In this document: positions 8,473-18,820 of the stretch, one piece after another
Numbering within the stretch: position 1 is the stretch's first letter
How the letters are laid out: each line of letters starts with the position of its first letter
Made by a program: the position numbers and the translations under genes
Notes under the pieces: generated by a model
What the model saw: only the letters and a program-made list of their open reading frames with translations
Database searches by the model: none
Told to the model about the DNA's origin: nothing
Assembly: GCA_905214425.1 (NCBI GenBank)
Contig: CAJMLY010000008.1
Span: forward strand, 3,197 to 67,196
From: an uncultured bacterium
GTDB taxonomy: Bacteria > Actinomycetota > Coriobacteriia > Coriobacteriales > Coriobacteriaceae
Length of the DNA: 64,000 bases
Direction of reading: 5' to 3'

Positions 8473-9843
8473 TTACGCCACGCCGTCGCGGGCAAGCTCC
8501 TCGGCCAACGCCTCGGCAGGCATGGCCATAATTGTGTCGAGTTCGGCGTCCACCTCGGGAATACGCTTCACCTTGAGTTTGCGCACCAGATCACCACGGC
8601 ACATCACGTGCATCGGCTCACGCAGTGCGCACAGGTCATCGAGCGGATTCTTGCGCGTCACCAGGATATCGGCGGCCTTGCCGCACTCGATCGTGCCGGT
8701 CTCGCCGCCCAGCCCCAGTAGCTCAGCATTGACCTGCGTGGCCGTGTGCAGCGCGAAGGCGTTGCTCACGCCGACATACTTGGCAAAATAGGCCACCTCA
8801 CGCCACATGTCGTACTGCGTCACGAACGGGCAGCTCGAGTCCGTGCCAAGGCCCACCTTAACGCCAGCTTCCAGTGCGGCACGGGCGCTCTCGATGATGC
8901 CCGAGCACACGATGTCGCCGTTCTTCTTTTGCGTATCGGTCGAATGGGTCTTTTCCGGGTCGAGCAATACAAACGGCAGCGCCGGGCTGATAGTGCAGGT
9001 CACACTCGGCGCACGCCCCTCGAGCTGCGTACCCGCGGCGCCACGGTACAGCTCCAAGATCTCGGGCGTCATCGGGGCACCGTGCTCGATCGTATCGACG
9101 CCGGCCTCAAGCGCGGCCTTCACGCCCTCGGCACTCTCGACATGGGCCATAACCGGCAGGTCCACCTCATGCGCCGCCTTGCATGCCGCCGCGGCAACCT
9201 CCACCGGCATACGCAGCACGCCCGGCTCGCCCACCTCGGTCGCATCGAACACGCCGCCCGTCACGAACAGCTTAATGACGTCGGCACCGCGCGCATACAG
9301 GTCGCGCACCTGTTCGGCTGCCTCGGCGGGACTGTTGGCCACCTGGGCGAACAGGCCCGCACCATGGCCGCCCGGCACCGTGACGCCCGTTCCCGGCGCC
9401 ACCAGGCGAGGACCTTGATACTTGCCGGCATCGATAGCATCGCGCACGGCCAGATCGGCAAACAGCGGGTCGCCCGCGCCGCGCACCGTGGTCACGCCGC
9501 TTGCCAGTTGCTGCTGAGCGCTGCCCTTGAGGATATGGCGCACGATGGCGCGCCCCACGGGATTATCGAGCTTCTTCATCAGCGCGCCCGCATCGCCCGC
9601 CGAAACCGGTTTGCCCGAACCGCACAGATGCACATGCATATTGATGAGGCCCGGCATGAGATACGCCCCTGCCAGGTCGATGACCTCGGCGCCCGCCGGC
9701 GCCTGCGCCACGGCGCTCGGACCAATCCAGGTGATGATGCCACGCTCGACGGCCACGGCCATATCGGGCTGCGGCTCCATATGCTCCGAGCCATCCAAGA
9801 CGGTCGCATTGATAAACAACGTGGGACGATCGGCAGACGCCAT
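8473..9843 (-). CDS. Amidohydrolase-superfamily metal-dependent hydrolase
   Basis: LMPGLINMHVHL (HxH metal site), ...MAHVES..., ...IEHG..., GLGTDS. This is the typical COG1228-type layout. ATG 9843 is preceded by GGGAGGAG. Confidence 0.85.
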   Translation of the reverse strand: MASADRPTLFINATVLDGSEHMEPQPDMAVAVERGIITWIGPSAVAQAPAGAEVIDLAGAYLMPGLINMHVHLCGSGKPVSAGDAGALMKKLDNPVGRAIVRHILKGSAQQQLASGVTTVRGAGDPLFADLAVRDAIDAGKYQGPRLVAPGTGVTVPGGHGAGLFAQVANSPAEAAEQVRDLYARGADVIKLFVTGGVFDATEVGEPGVLRMPVEVAAAACKAAHEVDLPVMAHVESAEGVKAALEAGVDTIEHGAPMTPEILELYRGAAGTQLEGRAPSVTCTISPALPFVLLDPEKTHSTDTQKKNGDIVCSGIIESARAALEAGVKVGLGTDSSCPFVTQYDMWREVAYFAKYVGVSNAFALHTATQVNAELLGLGGETGTIECGKAADILVTRKNPLDDLCALREPMHVMCRGDLVRKLKVKRIPEVDAELDTIMAMPAEALAEELARDGVA

Positions 9844-9992
9844 ATCGAGCTCCTCCCTCACGATTAACTTGAACATTTGTCCATTATCACCTAATGCAGC
9901 GACCTAAAGTCGAGCATATCGGTTAACGGAAGGAAGAGGGGATGTGGGGGACGGAATACGTTGCAGCCCCACCCCAGCAACATCAGGGGAAT

Positions 9993-10130
9993 GTCTCGAT
10001 CTGTAACAGGTACAGGGTTATTGGGCCCCCTGATGTTACAGATCGAGACATTCGGTCGACGTTTCACCGGTTTGTCTCGATCTGTAACAATTACGAACTC
10101 AAACAACTTCTAAACGTTACAGATCGAGAC
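9993..10130. repeat. Family A array 3 (2 units)
   Basis: Units start at 9993 and 10074. Arms are GTCTCGATCTGTAACA / TGTTACAGATCGAGAC, loops are 25 nt and the linker is 24 nt. The array ends 8 nt before the stop of the next gene. Confidence 0.9.
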
Positions 10131-10138
10131 AAAACCTC

Positions 10139-11209
10139 TCAGCGCCCATACCACTGACGTCTCCACTCCTCAGCCAAATCGGGCCGTCGCGGAATACCCG
10201 CCAACCTCATCTTTTCAGCCAGCTTCCCCGGGTTCTTGAGTTCATCAAACGTAAACCGAAGCACCTTGTGCCCGAGCATCGTCAGATGGGACTCTCGCTG
10301 ACGTTCTGCCACGAATGGGTCGACCGACTCCCGACCCTCGCCGTTCTGCAAGGTGTACTTCCCCTTTCCGTCGAGCTCGCCGATGACACACGTCCCGTCC
10401 ATGAGCCGCCAAAAATAGTCGACGCGAAACGCCTGGCTCGGATCGAGCGGGTCGCGAAACTCCACCTGCAGCTCCGGAACTGGAAAGCCGTACGCAATAA
10501 AGAACGCTCGGAACCGAGACTCGCCGACGTTTTCGGACAGCCCGTCCGCATACGACGCAATCACCTGTGCCCTGCGATACCCTCGCCTGCCCTCGCAATC
10601 GGCGCGGAGGCGCTCGCACAAATCCCAACGTGATACGCCTTTCGCCCGCAGTGCAGAATCGGCAATCGCCAACCCGTAGGAGAACGGCGCACGCAGTAAG
10701 CAATCCTCCACCGTGCGCCAAAACGACGTCACCTGCACGCCGTCGGCTTGTTCAAGTGCACCCGCCGCCTGCGGACGCAACAGCCGACATCCTGCACTCA
10801 GCGGCACCGAGCAACCCGTCTTAACAAGATATCGTGGCCCGAGCAGATCATTCGGCACCTCCAGACCCCACAAAAGCGCCGCGTCATAGCCCCAAAACGC
10901 CCAATCGGGATGAAACTCCGCAAGCCCTTTGATAGTCCTCAGCGCTCGCTCCGCCGGCGTCAATGCATCCCAATCATGCTGAAAACAGAACAGGTACGGC
11001 TCGGGCTCCGCGATATCGTCGGTTCCAACATGGCGTCGTAGCCACATGAGCTCGGCATTGTCATGCGTTGCGAGCAGTGCACCTTGCTCGGTCGCCTCCG
11101 TGAGCCGCGCGAGCATCCTGTTCCGCGCCAAGGTGTTACGTGCTGCATGCTTGTGTTTAAAAACGGTATTAGACACTTCCATCACCACCACATCGGACAA
11201 ATGGACCAT
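10139..11209 (-). CDS. Hypothetical protein with a C-terminal DUF559/Vsr-like PD-(D/E)xK nuclease fold
   Basis: The C-terminus GESRFRAFFIAYGFPVPELQVEF...RVDYFW...VIGELDGKGKY...ERQRESHLTMLGHKVLRFTFDEL fits the E...D...ExD/K...(R/Q)xxxL...G(W/H)xVLRF pattern of DUF559 endonuclease-like domains. The start is uncertain: ATG 11209, ATG 11182 or TTG 11233. Confidence 0.6.
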   Translation of the reverse strand: MVHLSDVVVMEVSNTVFKHKHAARNTLARNRMLARLTEATEQGALLATHDNAELMWLRRHVGTDDIAEPEPYLFCFQHDWDALTPAERALRTIKGLAEFHPDWAFWGYDAALLWGLEVPNDLLGPRYLVKTGCSVPLSAGCRLLRPQAAGALEQADGVQVTSFWRTVEDCLLRAPFSYGLAIADSALRAKGVSRWDLCERLRADCEGRRGYRRAQVIASYADGLSENVGESRFRAFFIAYGFPVPELQVEFRDPLDPSQAFRVDYFWRLMDGTCVIGELDGKGKYTLQNGEGRESVDPFVAERQRESHLTMLGHKVLRFTFDELKNPGKLAEKMRLAGIPRRPDLAEEWRRQWYGR

Positions 11210-11235
11210 TGTCACCGCTGCCACTGTCGGCAAAC

Positions 11236-11531
11236 GCCTCGATCTGTAACAGGAAGACCGATTTTTGACCGCTAGATGTTACAGAACAAGATCTTTCGGC
11301 AGCCGCCAACCTTTGTCTCAATCTGTAACAGGTAGGTCGAATTTGGGCCTGTAGATGTTACAGATTGAGACATTCCCCCAGTCAGGTGCCAAACGTCTCG
11401 ATCTGTAACAGCTAGACGTTCTCCAGGCCCCCAAACGTTACAGATTTAGACAAACCAGCGGAGTCCAAGCGTTCGTCTCGATCTGTAACAGGTAGACCGG
11501 TTTTTTGTCCCTAAACGTTACAGATCAAGAC
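11236..11531. repeat. Family A array 4 (4 units; the first is degenerate)
   Basis: Units start at 11236, 11315, 11395 and 11475. Loops are 25 nt and linkers 23 nt. Confidence 0.9.
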
Positions 11532-11574
11532 ATAAAGACAGAAGGCAACGCAGGCAACAACAGCCCACCCCCCC

Positions 11575-12282
11575 CTACTCCCACTCCTGCTCGTAGATGT
11601 TGAGCGACTTCACGTACCGCCCCTGGGCGCCCATGATGTCACGGACCAGGCGCAAAAAGAAGCTGATGCACGAGGTGTCGAAACCGTCCTGTAGGTCCTC
11701 GGGATGCACCGCGCCCGGCCCGTCGACCGCCGTATCGCTCAGGCGCGCGATGTCATACAGGCAGAGCTGCCCCGCCGCCAGCCAGACATCGTCAGCGCAG
11801 GCAAGGCGTACCGCAATCGCGCCGTCGCTCCAATGTTTCTTTTGCACGATATGTGGGTCGTAGACATCAAAGCGACGGTCGGTGCGCGTGTCCTTCAGCA
11901 CGACTATGCCAGTCGCGGGATCCTTGTCCAAAATGCCAAAGCGCGAGAAATACTGCGTATCACGCACCTGCTTAAGTCGCCCGAGCGAAGCAGGAGAAAT
12001 TGACGCTGGCGGCTCGTCCACATACAGCTCCAACAGCGTCTTACCGTGGTAATAGGGGCGCTCAAACAGCAGCCAATCGGTAAACGCCATGTTGTAGGCC
12101 ATGATTTCGTTTTGAGAAGGTTCCTCACAATAGCTGAGCCACGGATCGACGATAATCTCGAACTGCTCGCGTGCCGGCTCCAGGAATTGAAACTTCCGCA
12201 GCATCCAAAAGTGAGCCATGTCGGCAATATCGTTGCCGACGGCTTCGGCCAGCTCTGCTCGGTCAAAAACTTGGTCAGTCAT
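11575..12282 (-). CDS. Hypothetical protein (235 aa)
   Basis: Single long ORF with good third-position GC bias and a GAGGAGG RBS before ATG 12282. No family motif recognised. Confidence 0.6.
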   Translation of the reverse strand: MTDQVFDRAELAEAVGNDIADMAHFWMLRKFQFLEPAREQFEIIVDPWLSYCEEPSQNEIMAYNMAFTDWLLFERPYYHGKTLLELYVDEPPASISPASLGRLKQVRDTQYFSRFGILDKDPATGIVVLKDTRTDRRFDVYDPHIVQKKHWSDGAIAVRLACADDVWLAAGQLCLYDIARLSDTAVDGPGAVHPEDLQDGFDTSCISFFLRLVRDIMGAQGRYVKSLNIYEQEWE

Positions 12283-12593
12283 GGCATCCTCCTCAAACTG
12301 ATGGACCTCAATTTGAGCTTACGAGGAGGGTGGGCAACCGAGGCAAGCGCGGACAAAAAAGGCCCTCGACTGCAAACCAGATGCTAACCAAACACTTGAC
12401 GAAAAGCTTGACCGAAAATGCGCACTGCAACAAAACCGCAGGTAGACATAGACAGCCAACCCGCTCATTTGAGCCAGATGCCCGCAGACACCACAGAAAC
12501 AACAGGTGACCACAGCCCAAGAAGTCGACAAATGAACACCCGTACGTCGATAAACGAGCAAATCGCTCGCAAAGAGTGTCCCCAACGACTAGA

Positions 12594-12634
12594 CAAAAAA
12601 GAACGTCCCCAATGACTAGTCGTTGGGGACGTTC
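12594..12634 (-). terminator. Intrinsic terminator downstream of gltD
   Basis: On the minus strand, GAACGTCCCCAA-cgactagtca-TTGGGGACGTTC is followed by TTTTTTG. Confidence 0.8.
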
Positions 12635-12647
12635 TTGAATGACTACT

Positions 12648-14129
12648 TTACAGCTCCAGCGCCTCGGCGACTTCGGCTGCGCAGGCCAGGGCATCGGCCA
12701 TAGCACTCACAACGAGCGAGCTGCCGTTGCGGGCGTCACCGGCCACATACACCGGCGCGGCATCCGCGGCGACACCCTCCGTGCGAGCCGCGAGGTGCGA
12801 GCCCTCGGCAGCCATCACCGGCAGCGGACGACCAGCGGTGGCAACAGGCACGCTCACCGCATCGAACACGCCATGCTCGGGACCCGTAAAGCCGCAGGCG
12901 ATGAGCACCAGCTGCGCCGGCACCTCGTGCTCGGAGCCCGCGATGCGCTCGGGCTTTCCCGCCGACCAGTCCAGATCGACCACGCGCAGACCCGCAGCCG
13001 CACCCTTCTTGTCCAGCAGCACCTCGAGCGTATCCACACCCCAGGCACGCATCTCGCCACCCATCGCAGTGATAGCCTCCTGCTGGCCGTAGTCGGTCTT
13101 CTTAACGTTTGGCCACTGCGGCCAGGGGTTGCTCGCCGTGCGCTTATCGGGCGCAGCCGGCAAGAACTCAAACTGGCGCACGCTGCGCGCACCCTGACGC
13201 ACGACGGTACCCACGCAGTCGTTGCCGGTATCGCCGCCGCCAATGACCACGACGTCCAGACCGCGCGCGTTCACCGCGGGCTTGCCGCCATCGAGCACCG
13301 AGACGGTCGAAGCCGTCAGGTAGTCCACCGCGTACACCACGCCCGGAGCATCCACGTTCGCAGCCGAAAGACCACGGGGCGCACGAGCGCCGGCAGCCAC
13401 CACGACGGCGTCAAAGTCATCGAGCTTGGCGGCAACCTTGGGATCGTTCACATCGGCATCCAGCTCAAACACAATGCCCAGCTCGCGCATGAGCGCCACG
13501 CGACGCTCGACCACGGACTTCTCGAGCTTCATATTGGGAATGCCGTACATAAGCAGACCGCCCGGGCGGTCGTCTCGCTCAAACACCGTCACGCGGGCGC
13601 CACGACGCGCAAGCTCCCATGCTGCCACCAGACCAGCAGGACCGGAGCCCACCACGGCAACCGTGGGTGCGCCCTCCCCTGCCGGCTCAAAGCGACGCGG
13701 GCCGCCATTTGCCCACTCATGGTCGCTGATCGCACGCTCGTTGTCATGGATCGTCGTAGGCTGGCCATCGACCGAACTCAGGTTGCACGCGGCCTCGCAC
13801 AGCGCCGGGCACACGCGACTCGTGAACTCGGGCATGGGAGAGGTGAGCGACAGGCGCTCGGCAGCCTCGTCCCAGCGGCCGCGGTACACCAGCTCATTCC
13901 ACTCGGGAATCAGGTTATGCAGCGGGCAACCGCTCGGGCGTGCCTTGCCAAAGCTCGCGCCCATCTGGCAAAACGCCACGCCGCACATCATGCAGCGGCT
14001 CGCCTGGGCGCGACGCGCATCGTCATCGAGCTCCACGTACAGCGGATCAAAATCATGGCTGCGCTCCTCCACGGGGCGCAGCTCGTGGGTCACGCGATCG
14101 ATATCAAGAAAAGCACCGGGCTTACCCAT
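12648..14129 (-). CDS. gltD: Glutamate synthase (NADPH) small subunit
   Basis: N-terminal Fe-S Cys cluster (CMMCGVAFCQ...GCPLHNLIPEWN). Dinucleotide folds VAVVGSGPAGL and VVVIGGGDTGNDC. Confidence 0.95.
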   Translation of the reverse strand: MGKPGAFLDIDRVTHELRPVEERSHDFDPLYVELDDDARRAQASRCMMCGVAFCQMGASFGKARPSGCPLHNLIPEWNELVYRGRWDEAAERLSLTSPMPEFTSRVCPALCEAACNLSSVDGQPTTIHDNERAISDHEWANGGPRRFEPAGEGAPTVAVVGSGPAGLVAAWELARRGARVTVFERDDRPGGLLMYGIPNMKLEKSVVERRVALMRELGIVFELDADVNDPKVAAKLDDFDAVVVAAGARAPRGLSAANVDAPGVVYAVDYLTASTVSVLDGGKPAVNARGLDVVVIGGGDTGNDCVGTVVRQGARSVRQFEFLPAAPDKRTASNPWPQWPNVKKTDYGQQEAITAMGGEMRAWGVDTLEVLLDKKGAAAGLRVVDLDWSAGKPERIAGSEHEVPAQLVLIACGFTGPEHGVFDAVSVPVATAGRPLPVMAAEGSHLAARTEGVAADAAPVYVAGDARNGSSLVVSAMADALACAAEVAEALEL

Positions 14130-14134
14130 GGCAC

Positions 14135-17100
14135 TTACGCCTCCTTCTTGGTCGAAGCAACAGAGCCGGCAGCCACGGACGCAGCGCCCGCAACATCAAA
14201 GCGAGCGACATCTGCGGCACCCGCGCGACCGGTCACGATGTCAAACGCCAGCTCCTCGGCCTGCGCATGCGTCTTGCCGGCAGCCTCGCCCGCGGCGACA
14301 ATCGCCAGCACGCGCTCATACTCGGTCGGAATGACCTTCACAAAGTGTTTGCTCATCGTTTCAAAGCTGTAGAGCAGCTTGATGCCGCGCGGGCTCTGCG
14401 TAGCGTCCACGTGCTCCTGGATGAGCTCGCGAATCTGCGCCAGCTCGCCGGCCGTCGGGGCCTTGAGATCAACGCTCTCGTGGTTCACGCGGGCATTGAG
14501 TGTGCCGTACTGGTCAAAGACGTAGGCCACGCCGCCTGTCATGCCGGCGGCAAAATTCTGCCCGACCTCGCCCAGGATGAGCGCCAGACCGCCCGTCATG
14601 TATTCGCAGCCATGGTTGCCGCAGCCCTCGACCACCACCGTGGCACCGGAGTTGCGCACGGCAAAACGCTGGCCGGCAAGACCGTTAATGAAGCCGCGGC
14701 CGCTCGTGGCACCAAAGAACGCAACGTTGCCCACGATGATGTTCTCGTCGAACTTGTAGGTCGCATGCGGGTTGGGGCGCACCGACACCTCGCCGCCCGA
14801 AAGGCCCTTGCCAAAGTAGTCGTTGGCGTCGCCGCACACGTTGAGCGTAATGCCGCGCGGCAGGAAGGCTCCAAAGCTCTGACCGGCCGAACCATCGCAA
14901 TCGATGGTGATGGAGCCGGCGGGCAGGCCCTCGGGATGCGCCTTGGTCACCGCGTTGCCAAGGATGGTGCCCACGCAGCGGTTGACGTTGGCGATATCGG
15001 CGCGGAAGCGAATCGGACGCAGGTGCGCGCGGGCATCGGCCGTATAGGGCACAAACAACGTGGAGTCGAGCGTCTTGTCGAGCTCGCTGTCCGCGGCCAT
15101 CTGCGGCAGGAAGTGGCGACCGTCGGCGCCCGGAATATGGGCACCGAACTCGCAGGTCGCGCTCGCCAGCACGGGCGACAGATCGAGCAGGTTTGCCTTG
15201 CGGTTACCCGGGACCTCGATCTGGCGCAAGCACTCGGGATGGCCGACCATCTCGTCGACGGTGCGGAAGCCCAGGCTCGCCATGACCTCGCGCAGCTGCT
15301 CGGCAACAAAGAGCATAAAGCGCTCAACGTGCTCGGGCTTGCCGCGGAAGCCGCGACGCAGGCGGCAGTTTTGCGTGGCGATGCCGGCCGGGCAGGTGTC
15401 CTGCTGGCAGTCGCGTTGCATGAGGCAGCCCATGGAGATGAGTGGCATGGTCGCAAAACCAAACTCCTCGGCACCCAGCAAGCAGGCGACGGCAACATCG
15501 GTGCCGTCCATGAGCTTGCCGTCGGCCTCGAGCACCACGCGTGAGCGCAGGCCGTTTTGAAGCAGCGTCTGCTGGGCCTCGGCAAGGCCAAGCTCCAGCG
15601 GCAGACCCGCATGCCAGATAGAGTCGCGCGCAGCGGCACCCGAGCCGCCGTTGTGGCCACTGATCAAGATCTTGTCGGCAGCACCCTTGGCCACACCGGT
15701 GGCGATGGTGCCGACGCCGGCCTCGCTGACCAGCTTGACCGACACGCGTGCGCCGGGGTTGGCGTTCTTAAGGTCAAAGATCAGCTCTGCCAGGTCCTCG
15801 ATGGAGTAGATGTCGTGGTGCGGCGGAGGCGAGATCAGGCCGATGCCGGGCGTGGACTGACGGACCTCGGCGATCCAGGGGTAGACCTTCTTGCCGGGCA
15901 GGTGGCCACCCTCGCCGGGCTTGGCGCCCTGGGCCATCTTGATCTGAATCTCGAAGGCACTGCACAGGTAGCGGCTCGTCACGCCAAAGCGCGCGCTTGC
16001 TGCCTGCTTGATGGCAGAGTTCTTGGAGTCACCGTTAGCCAGCGGAGTCTCGCGACGCGGATCCTCACCGCCCTCGCCGGAGTTGGAACGGCCGTGCAGG
16101 CGGTTCATGGCGATGGCCATGCACTCGTGTGCCTCTTTGCTGATGGAGCCATACGACATGGCGCCGGTGTTAAAGCGGCGGACGATGTTGAGCGCGGGCT
16201 CGACCTCGTCGAGTGCCACCGGAGTGCGACCGCTGGCATCAAAGTCCAGCAGGTCGCGCAGGCGCACGGCACGGCCGGTGCGGTGCAGGCGGGCGCTGTA
16301 CTCCTTAAAGGTGTCGTAGCTGTCCTCACGGCAGGCGGTCTGCAGCAAGTAGACAGTCTGCGGATCGATGAGGTGATCCTCGCCGCCGAGCGGACGCCAC
16401 TTGGTCAGGCCCAGCGTGGGCAGCTGATCGGGAGCCGGGCTCTTAAGGATAGCGAGCGCGGCGTCGTAGCGCTCGTTTTGCTCGCGCTCAACGTCCTCGA
16501 CACCCATACCGCCCACACGGCTCACCGTGCCGGCGAAGTACGCGTTGACGAACTCAGGCGTAAAGCCCACGGCCTCGAAGATCTGCGCCGAATGGTAGCT
16601 CTGCACCGTGGAGATGCCCATCTTGGACATGATGGAGACGATGCCGGCGGTCGCAGCCTTGTTGTAGTTGGCGATGCCCTGCTCGGCCGTCACGTCCAAG
16701 TCGCCGCGTGCCGCCAAGTCGCGAACGCACGCATGTGCGTTGTACGGGTAGATGCCGCTCGCGGAGTAGCCCACCAGCGCCGCAAAGTCGTGCGGGGACA
16801 CGGCGTCGCCGCACTCCACCACGATGTCGGCAAAGGTGCGCACGCCGGCGCGGATCAGGTGGTTGTGCACGCAGCCCACGGCGAGCAGCGAGGGCACAGG
16901 CACCTCGCCCGCCGCGGCACGATCGCTCAACACCACGATGTTCACGCCGTCGCGGACCGCAGCCTCAACGTCCTCTGCAAGCTGCTTGAGCGCAGCCTGC
17001 AGCGCGCCCTCGCCGGCATCGCGGCGGTACACGGCACGGAAACGGCGGGTCTTAAAGCCAACACGGTCGATGGCGCAGATATGCTCGAACTCCTCCTCGT

Positions 17101-18820
17101 TGAGCAACGGGCGCTCCAGGCGAACCAGCTGGCAGGCCGTACGGGAGTCCTCGAGCAGGTTGCCGTGGTTGCCCAGGTAAAGCGTGGTCGAGGTGACCAT
17201 ATGCTCGCGCAGGGCGTCGATGGGCGGGTTCGTGACCTGGGCGAACAGCTGATAGAAGTAGTCAAAGAACGAACGCGTCTTCTTGGACAGACAGGCCAGC
17301 GGCGCATCGATACCCATCGAGGCGAGCGGCGCCTTGCCCTGCTGGGCCATGGGACGCACTACCTCGTCAACATCATCCCAGTGATAGCCGAGCTTGGCCA
17401 TACGCACGGCGGCAGGCACCTCGGCGTCCTCGGCGGGTGTTGCCGCAACGGGCTCATCGAGCGCGTCAACGGTCAGCGTCTCCTCGGCAATCCAGTCGCG
17501 GTAGGGCTTTTCCTTGGCGTAACGGGCGCGCAGCTCATCGTTGTAGATGACACGCCCGCGGGCAAAGTCGACTTCGAGCATCTGGCCCGGCCCCAGACAG
17601 CCACTCGTCAAGATGTTCTCGGGGCGCACCTCGATGGTGCCCACCTCGCTTGCCAGCATAAAGCGGCCGTCGCGCGTCACATAGTAGCGGGCGGGACGCA
17701 GGCCGTTACGGTCGAGGGCGGCGCCCAGCGTGCGGCCGTCGGTAAAGGCGATGGCCGCCGGGCCATCCCACGGCTCCATGAGCATGGACTGGTAAGCGTC
17801 GTAGGCGCGGCGCTCCTCGCTCAGGCTGTCGTTGTGGTCCCACGGCTCGGGCAGCAACATGGACGCGGCACGCGTAAGCGGGCGACCGTTCATGACCAGG
17901 AACTCGAGCACGTTGTCCAGAATCGCGGAGTCGGAGCCCTCGCGGTTGATGATGGGCATCACACGCTCAAGATCGTGCTGCAGCACAGGGCTGTACAGGT
18001 TGGGCTCTCGGGCGCGGATCCAGTTGACGTTGCCCTTGAGGGTGTTGATCTCGCCGTTGTGGATGATAAAGCGGTTGGGGTGTGCGCGCTCCCAGCTGGG
18101 CGTGGTGTTGGTGGAGTACCGCGAGTGGACGAGCGCTACGGCCGTCTTGACGGCGGCATCGTTGAGATCGATAAAGAAGCGGCGCATCTGCGTGGCGACC
18201 AGCATGCCCTTGTACACGATGGTGCGCGAGCTCATGGAGCACACATAGAAGATCTTGTCGCGCAGGGCAAACTCGGCGTCGGCCTTTTTTTCGATGGTGC
18301 GGCGGCACACGTACAGGCGACGCTCAAAGGCATCGCCGGCGGGCGTGTCGTCCGGACGGCCCAGGAAGGCCTGCAGGATAGTAGGCATGCAGGCGCGGGC
18401 CGTCTCGCCCAGGTCGTGCGGGTCGACCGGCACCTCGCGCCAAAAGAGCAGCGGCACGCCGGCCTCGGCGCAGCCCTCCTCGAACACGCGGCGGGCATCC
18501 TCCACGCCCTTGTCATCCTGCGGGAAGAACAGCATGGCCACGCCATAGTCGCCCTCTGCCGGCAGAATCTGGCCGCACTTTTGAGCCTCTTTACGGAAAA
18601 AGTGATGCGGAACCTGGAACAGGATGCCAGCGCCGTCGCCGGTGTTCTTCTCGAGTCCCGTGCCGCCGCGGTGCTCCAAGTTGACCAGAATGGACAGTGC
18701 ATCGTCCAGAATCTGGTGATGGCGCTCACCGTTGATATCGGCAAGCGCGCCGATGCCACATGCATCGTGGTCGAATTCGGGGCGATAAAGGCCCTGCTGC
18801 TGAGCGAAATCTGCCTGCAT
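14135..18820 (-). CDS. gltB: Glutamate synthase large subunit
   Basis: 1561 aa. N-terminal Ntn amidotransferase (DACGIGA after Met removal), central FMN / 3Fe-4S domains and a C-terminal GXGXG domain. Immediately upstream of gltD. Confidence 0.95.
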   Translation of the reverse strand: MQADFAQQQGLYRPEFDHDACGIGALADINGERHHQILDDALSILVNLEHRGGTGLEKNTGDGAGILFQVPHHFFRKEAQKCGQILPAEGDYGVAMLFFPQDDKGVEDARRVFEEGCAEAGVPLLFWREVPVDPHDLGETARACMPTILQAFLGRPDDTPAGDAFERRLYVCRRTIEKKADAEFALRDKIFYVCSMSSRTIVYKGMLVATQMRRFFIDLNDAAVKTAVALVHSRYSTNTTPSWERAHPNRFIIHNGEINTLKGNVNWIRAREPNLYSPVLQHDLERVMPIINREGSDSAILDNVLEFLVMNGRPLTRAASMLLPEPWDHNDSLSEERRAYDAYQSMLMEPWDGPAAIAFTDGRTLGAALDRNGLRPARYYVTRDGRFMLASEVGTIEVRPENILTSGCLGPGQMLEVDFARGRVIYNDELRARYAKEKPYRDWIAEETLTVDALDEPVAATPAEDAEVPAAVRMAKLGYHWDDVDEVVRPMAQQGKAPLASMGIDAPLACLSKKTRSFFDYFYQLFAQVTNPPIDALREHMVTSTTLYLGNHGNLLEDSRTACQLVRLERPLLNEEEFEHICAIDRVGFKTRRFRAVYRRDAGEGALQAALKQLAEDVEAAVRDGVNIVVLSDRAAAGEVPVPSLLAVGCVHNHLIRAGVRTFADIVVECGDAVSPHDFAALVGYSASGIYPYNAHACVRDLAARGDLDVTAEQGIANYNKAATAGIVSIMSKMGISTVQSYHSAQIFEAVGFTPEFVNAYFAGTVSRVGGMGVEDVEREQNERYDAALAILKSPAPDQLPTLGLTKWRPLGGEDHLIDPQTVYLLQTACREDSYDTFKEYSARLHRTGRAVRLRDLLDFDASGRTPVALDEVEPALNIVRRFNTGAMSYGSISKEAHECMAIAMNRLHGRSNSGEGGEDPRRETPLANGDSKNSAIKQAASARFGVTSRYLCSAFEIQIKMAQGAKPGEGGHLPGKKVYPWIAEVRQSTPGIGLISPPPHHDIYSIEDLAELIFDLKNANPGARVSVKLVSEAGVGTIATGVAKGAADKILISGHNGGSGAAARDSIWHAGLPLELGLAEAQQTLLQNGLRSRVVLEADGKLMDGTDVAVACLLGAEEFGFATMPLISMGCLMQRDCQQDTCPAGIATQNCRLRRGFRGKPEHVERFMLFVAEQLREVMASLGFRTVDEMVGHPECLRQIEVPGNRKANLLDLSPVLASATCEFGAHIPGADGRHFLPQMAADSELDKTLDSTLFVPYTADARAHLRPIRFRADIANVNRCVGTILGNAVTKAHPEGLPAGSITIDCDGSAGQSFGAFLPRGITLNVCGDANDYFGKGLSGGEVSVRPNPHATYKFDENIIVGNVAFFGATSGRGFINGLAGQRFAVRNSGATVVVEGCGNHGCEYMTGGLALILGEVGQNFAAGMTGGVAYVFDQYGTLNARVNHESVDLKAPTAGELAQIRELIQEHVDATQSPRGIKLLYSFETMSKHFVKVIPTEYERVLAIVAAGEAAGKTHAQAEELAFDIVTGRAGAADVARFDVAGAASVAAGSVASTKKEA

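Noticed and set aside
12319-12585. 88-aa Cys-rich minus-strand ORF in the gltD-downstream spacer
   Set aside because: There is no RBS. The composition is odd (Cys/Ser/Phe-rich) and lacks the third-position GC bias seen in real genes here. It is more likely non-coding leader DNA.
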